NCBI GenBank assembly: GCA_965223905.1
Contig: CBDCXV010000011.1
Span: 224,001-288,000 of the forward strand
DNA: 64,000 bases
From: Candidatus Latescibacterota bacterium
Lineage (GTDB): Bacteria > Latescibacterota > UBA2968 > UBA8231
Reading direction: 5' to 3'
Below are positions 37,948 through 47,652 of this stretch, in pieces; the stretch's first letter is position 1, and each line of letters opens with the position of its first letter. Under the pieces are notes generated by a model. That model saw only the letters and a list, made by a program, of their open reading frames with translations. It did no database searches and was not told where the DNA came from. Made by a program: the position numbers and the translations under genes.

Positions 37948-38634
37948 TCAGTTCGTAGGCCGGGTCAGGACGTGGATGTCGACCTCCTGTTCCTGTCCCC
38001 GCCAGCTTACCTTAATCGTCTCTTGGTGGTGGGTGTACCCCCGGTTGCGAAGACCCGAGATGAAAGTGGCGGCAACAGGCCTGCGCGGATCGCTCAGATA
38101 GAGCCTTCCCCCCGGCTTGAGGAGGGATTGCAGAAGGCGATTGAGGTAGCGGTGGTCGCGGCGTTCGTACGCGATATCGGACGCGACCATGCACTCGTGG
38201 GGTCTTCCAACCGGGTGCCGCCAATCGAGATAGGCGACCTGATGGCCGGGCCCTGCCCGGTTCCTGGCGGCGTTGTGGGAGGTGAATACCAGTGCGTCTT
38301 CGACGTAATCGGTCGCTTCGACGCGCCAACCCAGGCGCGCCAGCGATATGCCGACCAGCCCCAGGCCGCAGCCCAACTCGACGGCATCTGCCGCTGGCAA
38401 TCGCCTGTCGAAAAACCATCGCGACAGGCCAAGGGCCGCCGGCCACACCTCGGCCCAGTACGGAAATCGCTGATTGCATTGCGGTTCCCTCTCGATGAGC
38501 CGGTCCAGGAGTGCGTAGGCATCCGCGGTCTCGACGATGGTCAGCTCAAGGTCCCTGCCTACGGTTACGACTGTCTCCCTGGTGTCGTACTTGCTCAGGG
38601 TGCGCTTTACGTGCCGCGGTGAATAGCGCTTCAA
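37948..38634 (-). CDS. Class I SAM methyltransferase (family 16, protein-lysine MTase-like)
   Basis: FPYWAEVWPAA, ELGCGLG, TDY, LDWR, ASDIAYE (DxxY). Confidence 0.85.
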   Translation of the reverse strand: MKRYSPRHVKRTLSKYDTRETVVTVGRDLELTIVETADAYALLDRLIEREPQCNQRFPYWAEVWPAALGLSRWFFDRRLPAADAVELGCGLGLVGISLARLGWRVEATDYVEDALVFTSHNAARNRAGPGHQVAYLDWRHPVGRPHECMVASDIAYERRDHRYLNRLLQSLLKPGGRLYLSDPRRPVAATFISGLRNRGYTHHQETIKVSWRGQEQEVDIHVLTRPTN

Positions 38635-38646
38635 GCGCTGGATCCG

Positions 38647-39165
38647 TCAGTCCCGGTTGCGCTCTTTCCGGCTGGACGGGGGGCCTTCGCGCCACTTCGA
38701 GCCGCGGCCCTCATATGCCCGCATGCCTTCCACGATCTCGCGAAGGTCGCGCCGAAAATGGTCCGAGAACAGCACGAGCTTGGCCCGTTGCCGAACCGTC
38801 AGGTGGCTCTCCAGCCTCTGTTTGAACTCATCGTCGGTCACCCGCAACCGACTTTCGAGGTCCGCTACCTTCTCCATGGCGGCGAGCAACTCCGAGTCCT
38901 TGGGAGATTCTCCGCCCAGGATATGCCTGAGTTCGCGGGCAGCCTGTTTTCTCCGATCGCGCATCTCGTCCATTTTGCGGTGGTGCTGGCTCAAGAGCGG
39001 AAACAGAACCGCGGCCTGGTCGACATCGATTTGAAGCTGGTCGAAGAGCCTCCACATTTTCAGAAACTGAATGCGGTCTCGTGAACGCCCGCCTTCAGAT
39101 GGCGGCTGACTCCACACCGCCTCTGTGAGAGAAAGCATCAGGAAAACGAAAATTGCCGCCATCAC
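38647..39165 (-). CDS. Spy/CpxP-like periplasmic helical protein
   Basis: Signal peptide, helical charged body, LTVRQRAK (LTxxQ) motif; third gene of the ECF cluster. Confidence 0.7.
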   Translation of the reverse strand: MMAAIFVFLMLSLTEAVWSQPPSEGGRSRDRIQFLKMWRLFDQLQIDVDQAAVLFPLLSQHHRKMDEMRDRRKQAARELRHILGGESPKDSELLAAMEKVADLESRLRVTDDEFKQRLESHLTVRQRAKLVLFSDHFRRDLREIVEGMRAYEGRGSKWREGPPSSRKERNRD

Positions 39166-39803
39166 CTTGCCTCACTCTCTGTCAACGCGTAGAGATGTTC
39201 CCCCTCGACCAGCAACTGCATCTGTTCCAACAACTCCGCTTCGCTCGCCGTGTCGAGGAGGTACTCGGAGACTTCGGAATCGAGATCGGAGGGGCCGGCC
39301 ACCACCAGGACTTCCCCTCCATATACTTCATCCTCATACAGGAGGAGGACTGTTGCCAGAAACTCTTCGAGGGCAGAAGAGCCGGCGGATTCACTGCCAT
39401 CCTGGTCCGCGGAAAGGCCGGAAGCCGCAGGCTGTCCGGGTTCGACCAAAGAGATCCGTTCGCTGCCTGCCAGAAGCAGGAGCACCGTGGCCGCACCGGC
39501 AATCGCTCCCGAAAGAGCAGGAGACCACCGCCTCGCCCACGACCTCCGGCCGCTGTATTCCTCGATTCGACGCCGGACCCGGGCCCCGAACCCGGAGAAG
39601 ACGAAGGCATCCATGGCGGGTACTGGAACGGCTGCGGTCGTCGCCAGGGTCTGCTCAAAGCCGGCCAAATGCCGCCGGCAGACCTCGCACCGTTCGACAT
39701 GGCTTTCGACCAAGGCGCGCCGGTGGACCGGAAGACTCCCATCCAGATACTCGAGCAGGGCCTGTTCGTCGCAGGCCGAAGCTCTCGGCTTGTCCGCTGA
39801 CAT
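39162..39803 (-). CDS. zf-HC2 anti-sigma factor
   Basis: LLEYLDG.L......VESHVERCEVC (HxxxCxxC), single TM, acidic C-terminus. Confidence 0.85.
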   Translation of the reverse strand: MSADKPRASACDEQALLEYLDGSLPVHRRALVESHVERCEVCRRHLAGFEQTLATTAAVPVPAMDAFVFSGFGARVRRRIEEYSGRRSWARRWSPALSGAIAGAATVLLLLAGSERISLVEPGQPAASGLSADQDGSESAGSSALEEFLATVLLLYEDEVYGGEVLVVAGPSDLDSEVSEYLLDTASEAELLEQMQLLVEGEHLYALTESEAR

Positions 39804-40436
39804 AACCCCTTCTCCGTAAGCGATTCCGCAGCGGGGCTCTCGACGAGGACAACGCGCAACTTGCGGACAGCGTGAAAATACCCGGCCCGCACTGCCCCCT
39901 CCGACGTACCGACCACTTCTGCGATCTCCCCGTGGGACAGGTCGTCGTAATGCCGCATCACAAAAATACTCCCCTGCCGGGGCGGGAGATCCCGGATCGT
40001 TGCCTCGATCACGGCGATCTGCTGCTTCATCACCAGTTCCTCTTCAGGGTCGCAACGATACACAAGGTGGTTTTCTATGTGGGTAGCCACCTTCGAATCG
40101 AGGTGTAAGAGATTCTCAGCTTGTTCTTGCGCCAATAATTGAGGTAAGTATTCAAGGCGATTCTGTAGAGCCAGGTATATAGAGAGGAATGGCCGCGAAA
40201 TCTGTGCAGGGATTTGTAGGCTTTCACAAAGGTCTCCTGTGCGAGGTCCGCGGCCTCGTCCGTATCCCTGAACCATTTTGCACCAGAAAGCGATAGATCC
40301 GTTCCTGGTGGCGCCGAACGATGGCGTCGAATGAAGATTCCCGCCCTTGCAGGAACTGGTTCACCAGCTCGGCATCAGAGGGGATCTCGCTTGCTGTGGA
40401 AAATCGCTTGGATATGGCTGTTGAATCTCCAGTCAT
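39800..40436 (-). pseudogene. ECF sigma factor split over three reading frames (pseudogene or sequencing error)
   Basis: Frame A: SDAELV....G...FDAIVRRHQERIY. Frame B (40266-40075): DEAADLAQETFVKAYKSLHRFRGHSSLYTWLYRIALN. Frame C: LPPRQ..IFVMRHYDDLSHGEIAEVVGTSEGAVR..YFHAVRKLR, with no stop before the anti-sigma gene. Confidence 0.85.
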
Positions 40437-40560
40437 AACGCCTCTGCGCCTGCCCTGAAAGCTGCGGCACTCCTTTTTCGATCACGGCCTTTGACAACGC
40501 AGCCGGAAAGAGCGTTTAATCGGTTTCCTACCAGAATCCAGACGGTCCGGGAGAACTGGG

Positions 40561-41592
40561 TCATTCCTCCGCTTCGGCCGGCTCGCCAGCGGCCGAGCAC
40601 TTGGCCTCGGCAATCAGGTTTTCGTTCATCTCGAAGGTGTTGTTGTCTGCATCTGTGAGACGTCCGCAGGGAAAAAAGGACCGCGTGTACATCGGATAGG
40701 CTTGGCTGCGCAGATGAGCCAGTCCCAGATGCCCGGAGCGCCGGCCGCGCTCCTGTCGCAGTGCTCCGATGTCGATCGTCGTCACCACAATTTTCTCTCC
40801 CGGTCCCGGATCCGCCTGGGCCAGAATCCTTCCCTCGTAGTCGACTACCATGCTCCCTCCCGGCCAGGAGAACGGAGGGTAATGGCGGAGCGAAGAACCC
40901 TGGTTTGCGCCGACGACGTAGGCGGTGTTCTCCAGTGCGCGACAGCGGTTGACCACCGTCCACCAGTCCATCGGGGGAGTGGCTCCCCATGGGTCCATGT
41001 AGGCGGAAACCCGGACCAGTATTTCGGCCCCATTGGCGGTCAACTGCCGTAGCGGTTCCGGGAAAATCCAGTCGTAACAGATCGCAGCCCCTATTCGGCC
41101 GATCGGCGTCGCTGCTACCGGGAACAGCTCTTCGTCGTACCCGTCCAGATCGTGCGGGCTGGCGTGTACCTCCCAGGGGATCCAGGGATTGACCTTGCGG
41201 TACTTCGACAGAATGCCGTCTGGACCAACCAGGCAGGTCGCATTGAATACCTTGCCGGGCCACTTCGGATCTTCTTCCAGGAAACTTCCGGTCTGAATGT
41301 AGATGCCGAGCTCCCGGGCTTTCTCGGCATAGCGCTCGGTGTGCTCGTTAGGAATCGGGAGGGTCAGTTTCGCCAGCAGGCTTTTCGCAGTCGGATAGAT
41401 TGGAGCAGCGTGGCCGAACTCGGGAAAGGCGACCAGCCTTACGTCGGTAAAGGGCCGGTATCCCGTGACCGCCATGTCGATCATTTCGATCATGCGGTCC
41501 GTATTGCGGAATATCTCGCGGCGCGTCTCTGGGTTCGGTTGGTCGACCTGGCAGGCCGCCACCCCGTAACGAAGAGGGCCGTGTGTCGTCAT
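40561..41592 (-). CDS. Nitrilase / carbon-nitrogen hydrolase family protein
   Basis: Catalytic triad motifs FPEF, YRK, ICYD; ATGA overlap with the xdhC stop. Confidence 0.9.
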   Translation of the reverse strand: MTTHGPLRYGVAACQVDQPNPETRREIFRNTDRMIEMIDMAVTGYRPFTDVRLVAFPEFGHAAPIYPTAKSLLAKLTLPIPNEHTERYAEKARELGIYIQTGSFLEEDPKWPGKVFNATCLVGPDGILSKYRKVNPWIPWEVHASPHDLDGYDEELFPVAATPIGRIGAAICYDWIFPEPLRQLTANGAEILVRVSAYMDPWGATPPMDWWTVVNRCRALENTAYVVGANQGSSLRHYPPFSWPGGSMVVDYEGRILAQADPGPGEKIVVTTIDIGALRQERGRRSGHLGLAHLRSQAYPMYTRSFFPCGRLTDADNNTFEMNENLIAEAKCSAAGEPAEAEE

Positions 41593-42725
41593 GCCCCCGC
41601 TCTCTTGGTCTTCCACTCCTTGACTCTGCCTCTGCGGACCTCGATCAGCTCGGCCACTACACTGATCCCGATCTCCTCCGGAGTGTCGGCGCCGATGTTG
41701 AATCCGATCGGTGCATACACCTGCTCGAGACGGCTGCGGTCGCCGCCCCGGCCCTCGATACGATCCCAGAGGATAAGCTTCTTGCGCTCACTCCCCAGCA
41801 TTCCGATGTAGCGAGCCGGCGTTCTTATTGCCAACTCGACAACGGTCTCATCGTGCTGGTGGCCGCGAGTGGCCGCCACGACGTAGGTCTGGTCGTCGAA
41901 CGGAAGCTGCTCGAAGACCTCCTCGATCTCCGCGGCCACGCACTCGTCTGCCCGGGGGTGGCGTTCGGGATTTGCGAACAGCGGCCGGTCGTCGATGACG
42001 ACGACGTAAAACCCGGAGTTTTTTGCCAGGCTGCAAATCTGCGCGCCGACGTGACCACCGCCAAAAACGTAGAGAACCGGAGGTGGCATGAAGGGCTCGA
42101 GATACACTTCGAACCCCTCAAACCGGGCCACCCCGAGTGCCTCGCGGCTGGGGAGGTCGAAGCCGAGAGTCTCCTCCCGCAGGTTAAAGACTCTCGGTTT
42201 CTCGCGCTGGAGCACTTCCCCTGCCCATTGCTCGACACGTTCGTTGAGACCGTCTACATCCAGACGCCCCAGACGGTTTCCGTCGGGAAACAAGAGCAGC
42301 TTGTTCGACTCGCGATCAGGCAGCTTCTGCGAAGCGAGCACGGTCGCCATCACGCACTCGCGACGCCGGGATTTTGACTCAACCACCGCGGCAAAAAGGT
42401 CCGGTTCGGTATCCGGCTCGATCGGTTCGGTGTAGATGCGCACCGTTCCGCCACAGTTTAGCCCGCTCTCTCCGGCTTGTTTCTCGGTCATTGTGTAGCG
42501 CGTCGTATGGGCGCGTCCGTTGGACAGCACCTCCCTGCCGACGTTGAGAATCTCCGCCTCGAGACAGCCGCCTCCTATGGTGCCGGCAACGCTCCCGTCA
42601 TCCCGGACAAGCATCTTGGCGCGCTCACTCATCGGAATCGACCCACTGCTCTCCACCAGCGACGCCAGCGCTCCGCGCCCGCCCTGACGGCGCATCGCCA
42701 CCACCTCTTGCAGGACGTCTTCCAT
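41589..42725 (-). CDS. xdhC: XdhC/CoxI molybdoenzyme maturation protein
   Basis: GTIGGGCLE, GLNCGG, VFGGGHV, ATRGHQHD, YIGMLGS, APIGFNIGADTPEEIG. Confidence 0.92.
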   Translation of the reverse strand: MEDVLQEVVAMRRQGGRGALASLVESSGSIPMSERAKMLVRDDGSVAGTIGGGCLEAEILNVGREVLSNGRAHTTRYTMTEKQAGESGLNCGGTVRIYTEPIEPDTEPDLFAAVVESKSRRRECVMATVLASQKLPDRESNKLLLFPDGNRLGRLDVDGLNERVEQWAGEVLQREKPRVFNLREETLGFDLPSREALGVARFEGFEVYLEPFMPPPVLYVFGGGHVGAQICSLAKNSGFYVVVIDDRPLFANPERHPRADECVAAEIEEVFEQLPFDDQTYVVAATRGHQHDETVVELAIRTPARYIGMLGSERKKLILWDRIEGRGGDRSRLEQVYAPIGFNIGADTPEEIGISVVAELIEVRRGRVKEWKTKRAGA

Positions 42726-42740
42726 TGCTTTCAGCTCGAT

Positions 42741-43409
42741 TCAGTTCGACCGGGAGCCGGACTGGCCGGAGACCGGCACCGGACCCTCTCTGCTTTCCGC
42801 GATAGCGAAACGGGCGCCTAGGCGTGCGTAGTCCGCGGGCGTGTCCAGGTCTTCGAGTACCTCGGCTGCATCCACCTCGATCTCGATGGTGTCCTCGGCG
42901 TATTTCCTGGTAACGGTATTGAGCCCCTGGTCCGCCGTCAAAGCGAGTATCTCGTCCCCGTAGCCGCGGGAGATGTAGACCGGATGCCCCCTCTTTCCTT
43001 CATGCGTCGGCACTACAACCCCTGCCGCGGTAGACTGTGAGCACTGGATGATCCTCTCGACGACCCCAGTGTTGAGATCGGGTTGGTCGCCAAGGCAGAT
43101 CAGATATCCGGCGGATTCCGGCTCCGCTGCCCGAACCCCCGCCTGTACCGAGGTCACCATCCCTTCGCGATAGCGCTCGTTCACGACACAAACGAGGTCC
43201 CGGCCTCGCAGCCGCCGCTGAACCTCTTTGGCACGATGGCCGAGAACTACGGCGGTGGCGAGTTCGAAGTCCCGTCTGGCAACCGCGCAAAGGCGTTCGA
43301 CGACGGATTCGACCACCGTGTGCCCCTCCAAAGGAAGAAGCTGCTTGAATCGCCCCATACGCCGCGACTGACCTGCGGCCAAAACGATCGCCGTAACCAG
43401 CACTATCAA
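42741..43409 (-). CDS. mocA: Molybdenum cofactor cytidylyltransferase-like NTP transferase
   Basis: AIVLAAGQSRRMG..KQLL, GMVTSV, LGDQP, RGHPV, DLDTPADY; adjacent to xdhC. Confidence 0.88.
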   Translation of the reverse strand: MIVLVTAIVLAAGQSRRMGRFKQLLPLEGHTVVESVVERLCAVARRDFELATAVVLGHRAKEVQRRLRGRDLVCVVNERYREGMVTSVQAGVRAAEPESAGYLICLGDQPDLNTGVVERIIQCSQSTAAGVVVPTHEGKRGHPVYISRGYGDEILALTADQGLNTVTRKYAEDTIEIEVDAAEVLEDLDTPADYARLGARFAIAESREGPVPVSGQSGSRSN

Positions 43410-43441
43410 AGCCTAACTTGTTGTGGAAAATAGACTAATGG

Positions 43442-43470
43442 AGTTTATTGGGTGGTTTTTGCAGTGTCAA
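43442..43470 (-). promoter_or_regulatory. Putative sigma70 promoter for the mocA-xdhC-nitrilase operon
   Basis: TTGACA-17 nt-TAAACT on the minus strand. Confidence 0.6.
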
Positions 43471-43880
43471 CTCCCCCGGTTACCGGCCGCGAACCCGGTT
43501 GGATCAAACCGCGCTCGCAGTTCGTCTGGACGAACAAAACAAACCCGGGTCGGGGAGAAATCTTTCCGACGACTTGGGCACGCATTCACGCCACCGGGGT
43601 AAACTGCCGATGCCGCCGCTTTCGGGAGCACGGTTTTCTTGCACGGACCCATTCACTGTCTTATCATTGAAATTTTCCCAATTTACTCACCGTAACAACA
43701 TTCCGCAGCCTCGCTTTCGCCGAAAGGCGAGGAGAGCGCCGCCCGGCAACGAGATGATTTCGACCACGCATGCGTCCTGTGCTGCATCTCCGGACCCCGG
43801 CCATCCCCCTCCTCGCTGGCGGCAAGAGAATCCGGGACGGAGAGGCTCTCCACGAATTCCTGCGGATACCGAACGGTATC

Positions 43881-46163
43881 ATGTTGCCTACAGTAGCTGA
43901 AGAAACAGTAGCTGAAGAAATTTCAAACTCGGTAGAGAAGGACGGCATCTCCTTCATCTTCGAAACCCGCTCGCTTTCCGCGGTCGTCCGCTATGTCTAC
44001 ACTCCGATCGAGGGAAACCTCTCCGACATCGAGGTCGAGATCAACAATTCCGAGGCGATCAAGTTCGCCGAGGGGGGCGGCATTACGGTGGAGATGGGTG
44101 GAAAGATCTGGTCCGCAGACGACGAAGAGGTCGAGCGCCACTTCGTCTCATGTGAACCTGTCGGCGATTGTATCGAAGCGAGGTGGCATTGGAAGCACGG
44201 GGAAGAGCTCGCCGATTTCCTGTACCGTATTCGGATCCATCAGAAGTCGCTCATAGTAGAACTAGAGGGTGGTAACGGCAAAGCGACCGGAGTCGATCTG
44301 GGATACGTCTCTGGTGCCGTCCACCCGCGCGTAATCCAAGTTCCCTATTTCTCCTTCGGCGACGAATCGCCGCTCCTGCTCGCGACCTCGGGGGCATTTG
44401 TTTCCAGTATGCTGGACTGGACGGAAACCGCAGCCGCAGAACTGTACGCACCCCCGGCCCACGATTCGTCACATGAGATCCGACTCGGCGGGGGATGCCG
44501 CTACCATCCGGTTTCCGACGGCCGTAGGCGAGGGCTGCGCGAACGCTGGATTCTCACGGTCTCCCGCCAGTTCGAGGAGGTCCTGCCGACTATCCCGCTA
44601 CCCCAGCGCCGTTCCCGGAGCGCGGAACTAGACGACTTGATCTGGTATCAGGTGCCGGCTCTGCCCCCTTCCGAAGAAGCCTACGTAGACGTTTACGAGC
44701 AGCTGCGCTCGTTCAAGCAATGGGGCCTGGAACAGCTTCTCGTCAACCATCCCGCCGATGTCTGGGAAGACGGCCTCGGTACGTCGTTGAGCGGTGCCGA
44801 GGCAAAGGGGGGAGACGACGCCCTGCTCGAATACCTGGAAGCGGTTGAGGACCTCGGTTACAGATACACCCTGCCTTCAGGGTACACGGAAGTATCTTCG
44901 GAAACGGAGGGCTGGGATAAAAGCAAGGCCGGCCTCGGCTCGGACGGAAATCCGATCGCCAGAGGTGGGAATCGCTATCTGCTCAAGCCCTCCACAGCGA
45001 ACGATACCGCAAAAACGCATCTGCCGACTCTGTTTCAACGTTTCGAAGGAGCAGGGGCTTTCATCAATGGTCACGCCGCCACCCCGCCCTCTAGCCGAAT
45101 CGATTTCGATCCGGACTCCCCGGATTCGGCCAGCTTCTCCAAATCTCTCGATCTGGAACGACATCTGCTGGAGGTGCTCCAGGAGATAGCCGGAAACTCA
45201 TCGCGCCTCATAGTCGGTGAGGGTGGCAGCCACTGGATGTACGCCGGTTTGCTCTCCGGGTACCTGGCCGGCCTTTCCGGACCGAATCCGCACCGGATCC
45301 CACTTCTGCTCGATTTCGACCTGAAGCTGCTGCACGGTGCCCACGTCAACGCCGGTGTGGGAACGACTGGGCGATTCTTCGGAATGCATGAACCCCCCGT
45401 TGGCGAGCGCACCAGCCGCAGCCCTTGGCTCGATCGATACATCGCGACCACTGTTGCCTATGGGCACGCCGGGGTTTTGCCCGAAATCGAGGACTGGGGC
45501 TTTGCAGCGGCGATGAAAACCTACTACCTGCTGCTGAAGCTGCAGAGCCGGTATATGAAAACCGAAGTCCAGTCGGTTCTCTACCATCGTGACGGCAGTC
45601 TGCTCGAAGTTGCCGAGGCTGTGGTATCCGGCGTTTACGAAGACAGTCAGGTCGAGGTGCTGTATCGGAACGGCTTGCGCGTCTGCGTAAACGGGAGCTG
45701 GTCCAACGATTGGATCGTCGAGCACGAGACCAGGGAGTACAGGCTTCCCCCGGCCTCCTTCCTCGCCCATTCCCCGGATGGTCTTCTCGTCTATTCGGCG
45801 GACGCGGGAAAAGGACGGATGGACTATGCTGACTGCGGAGACTACTTCTATTGCGACACGCGTGGCGAGCGCACTTCCCTGGGCCCGGTCTCCCTTTCGG
45901 GAGCTGCCGCGGTGAAAACCGAAGCCTGGCAGATCGACGTCTACCCCATCGAATGCGAAGGGGACATTGAAATCAGGCCAAGAAACCTGTGGCCTGACCG
46001 CAGAATGCCGCGGCTCCGCATCCTGGCATTCCAAGAGGATGAAGACCACCCGCAGGTGATCGCCGCAAACGTCTCGGCGGAATCCGTTTCACTGGAGCCC
46101 CGCGAGGGGATCTGCAAATTCCGAATCACCCTTCCGGAATGGATGGTCGAACCCGGCAAGTAG
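43881..46163 (+). CDS. Large hypothetical protein with a glycoside-hydrolase-like TIM barrel
   Basis: Long ORF with host-like codon pattern; beta-rich N-terminus, central alpha/beta repeats, GEGGSHWMYAG. Start 43881 or 43770 uncertain. Confidence 0.65.
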   Translation: MLPTVAEETVAEEISNSVEKDGISFIFETRSLSAVVRYVYTPIEGNLSDIEVEINNSEAIKFAEGGGITVEMGGKIWSADDEEVERHFVSCEPVGDCIEARWHWKHGEELADFLYRIRIHQKSLIVELEGGNGKATGVDLGYVSGAVHPRVIQVPYFSFGDESPLLLATSGAFVSSMLDWTETAAAELYAPPAHDSSHEIRLGGGCRYHPVSDGRRRGLRERWILTVSRQFEEVLPTIPLPQRRSRSAELDDLIWYQVPALPPSEEAYVDVYEQLRSFKQWGLEQLLVNHPADVWEDGLGTSLSGAEAKGGDDALLEYLEAVEDLGYRYTLPSGYTEVSSETEGWDKSKAGLGSDGNPIARGGNRYLLKPSTANDTAKTHLPTLFQRFEGAGAFINGHAATPPSSRIDFDPDSPDSASFSKSLDLERHLLEVLQEIAGNSSRLIVGEGGSHWMYAGLLSGYLAGLSGPNPHRIPLLLDFDLKLLHGAHVNAGVGTTGRFFGMHEPPVGERTSRSPWLDRYIATTVAYGHAGVLPEIEDWGFAAAMKTYYLLLKLQSRYMKTEVQSVLYHRDGSLLEVAEAVVSGVYEDSQVEVLYRNGLRVCVNGSWSNDWIVEHETREYRLPPASFLAHSPDGLLVYSADAGKGRMDYADCGDYFYCDTRGERTSLGPVSLSGAAAVKTEAWQIDVYPIECEGDIEIRPRNLWPDRRMPRLRILAFQEDEDHPQVIAANVSAESVSLEPREGICKFRITLPEWMVEPGK
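43891..43920 (+). repeat. Perfect 15-bp in-frame tandem duplication
   Basis: CAGTAGCTGAAGAAA x2, encoding TVAEE-TVAEE. Confidence 0.9.
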
Positions 46164-46284
46164 TCTCCTACCCCCTGAAGACCTCGTTTGAAATTGAATC
46201 CGGGGAATCCTCGTCCGGGCAGGTAGAAGACCCTTCGTTGACCGCCCCCGGGACGACGGCGAGGGGCAACGGATCTCTCGGGTT

Positions 46285-47343
46285 TTGACCCGGCTGAAAA
46301 ACACACCCGCATCCGGTAACCGGCAGGGTTCTGCATTCCTCAGAGTCTGTGCCGGAGAAGTGGCTTCCCCCCGGCCGGTTTGGTTGATGCGCCAAGCCGG
46401 AAGGATTCTCCAGCCCTACCGGGATCTAAAAAAACAGGCAGGCTCGCTTTCCGCCCTATTCAACACCCCTGAGCTCGCCGCCCAAGTGACCCTGATGCCT
46501 GTCGAGATGTTGGGAGTCGATGCCGCCATCCTGTTTGCAGACATCTTCACCCCGGTCGAACCTATGGGCTGTGAACTGACCTTCCAGCCGGGTCCGGTGT
46601 TGAAATCTTCTGTGCGCGCCAGGAGTGACGTCGATCGCCTGCACACCATCGATCCCGAGGACGATCTGCCTCACGTGAGGAGGGAGATTGAGTTGGTCCG
46701 CGCAGGGCTCCCGCCCGGCGTGCCGCTCATCGGCTTCGCCGGTGCCCCGGTCACCCTGGCTACCTATCTCGCCGAAGGCACGGGTGCGCGCGAGTTCACC
46801 CACTTCCGCAAGTTGCTCCACGCCGAACCGGATACTGCGGATCTCCTCTTAACCAAACTTACCGACGTAGCCATCTCCTACCTGAAGATGCAGGTCGACG
46901 CAGGGGTTGAAGCCGTTCAGCTTTTCGACACTTGGATCGGCCAACTCTCGGAAGTCCAGTTCGAACGCATCGCCCTGCCCTGCCTGGAACGGATCTTTAC
47001 GGAGCTGAACCGGTTGCAGGTCCCGACCATCTATTTCGCCTACGACTCCGCCCACCTGCTGCCGCTGTTGCCGCGGACCTCGGCGAATGTCTTCAGCATC
47101 GACTGGCGCACGGATATACGCCATGCTCGCGATCTGCTTTGCCCCTCCATACCGCTACAGGGGAATCTCGACCCTGCCGCCTTGTTCGCACCGAGAGAGC
47201 AGGTAGTAGCGGCGACCCGGGTACTCCTGGACAAGACGCGCGGCACACCTCATATCTTCAACCTTGGCCACGGCGTCCATCCCGAGACACCGATCGATTC
47301 AGTGCGGGCAATGATCGATACCGTACATGGATACACCGGCTGA
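46285..47343 (+). CDS. hemE: Uroporphyrinogen decarboxylase
   Basis: PVWLMRQAGR, DAAILFADI, LIGFAGAP.TLATY, QLFD.W, LQGNLDP, IFNLGHG. Confidence 0.95.
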   Translation: MTRLKNTPASGNRQGSAFLRVCAGEVASPRPVWLMRQAGRILQPYRDLKKQAGSLSALFNTPELAAQVTLMPVEMLGVDAAILFADIFTPVEPMGCELTFQPGPVLKSSVRARSDVDRLHTIDPEDDLPHVRREIELVRAGLPPGVPLIGFAGAPVTLATYLAEGTGAREFTHFRKLLHAEPDTADLLLTKLTDVAISYLKMQVDAGVEAVQLFDTWIGQLSEVQFERIALPCLERIFTELNRLQVPTIYFAYDSAHLLPLLPRTSANVFSIDWRTDIRHARDLLCPSIPLQGNLDPAALFAPREQVVAATRVLLDKTRGTPHIFNLGHGVHPETPIDSVRAMIDTVHGYTG

Positions 47344-47370
47344 AGGACCCGCATTTTCAGGAGAAAATAG

Positions 47371-47604
47371 GTGAACAGCGAAGAACAGGGAGTTACCAGG
47401 ACGCACGTTTTCTTCTGTGTCGACAGGGAAAGGCACGCTCAGTACGGTGGGGAGAAAGTGCTCCACGCCGAGCCAAAGACGATCACCGTACTCGGGAGGC
47501 GGGTGGATGGCTGGGTGATAACGACCGAACTGCCGGTGATCGACAAGACGATCACCTTGAGGGAGTCGCTGGACGGTGCGCAGAACTTGCAGGATCCCGA
47601 GTAG
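47371..47604 (+). CDS. Small hypothetical protein (77 aa)
   Basis: AGGAG RBS before GTG, host-like codon usage, fills the gap after hemE. Confidence 0.6.
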   Translation: MNSEEQGVTRTHVFFCVDRERHAQYGGEKVLHAEPKTITVLGRRVDGWVITTELPVIDKTITLRESLDGAQNLQDPE

Positions 47605-47652
47605 CCGGTCGTCGCTAGCCTGCCTTCGGGCGATTCGCGTTGGAAAATCCCA

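Noticed and set aside
39182-40276. 364-aa ORF as a genuine sigma-fusion protein
   Set aside because: Only about 100 central residues are sigma region 4; the rest is out-of-frame read-through of the sigma N-terminus and the anti-sigma gene.
46285-47343. hemE as another degenerate enzyme (GRILQPY instead of GRYLPEY)
   Set aside because: Key Arg, Asp, Tyr and His residues are retained; treated as functional.
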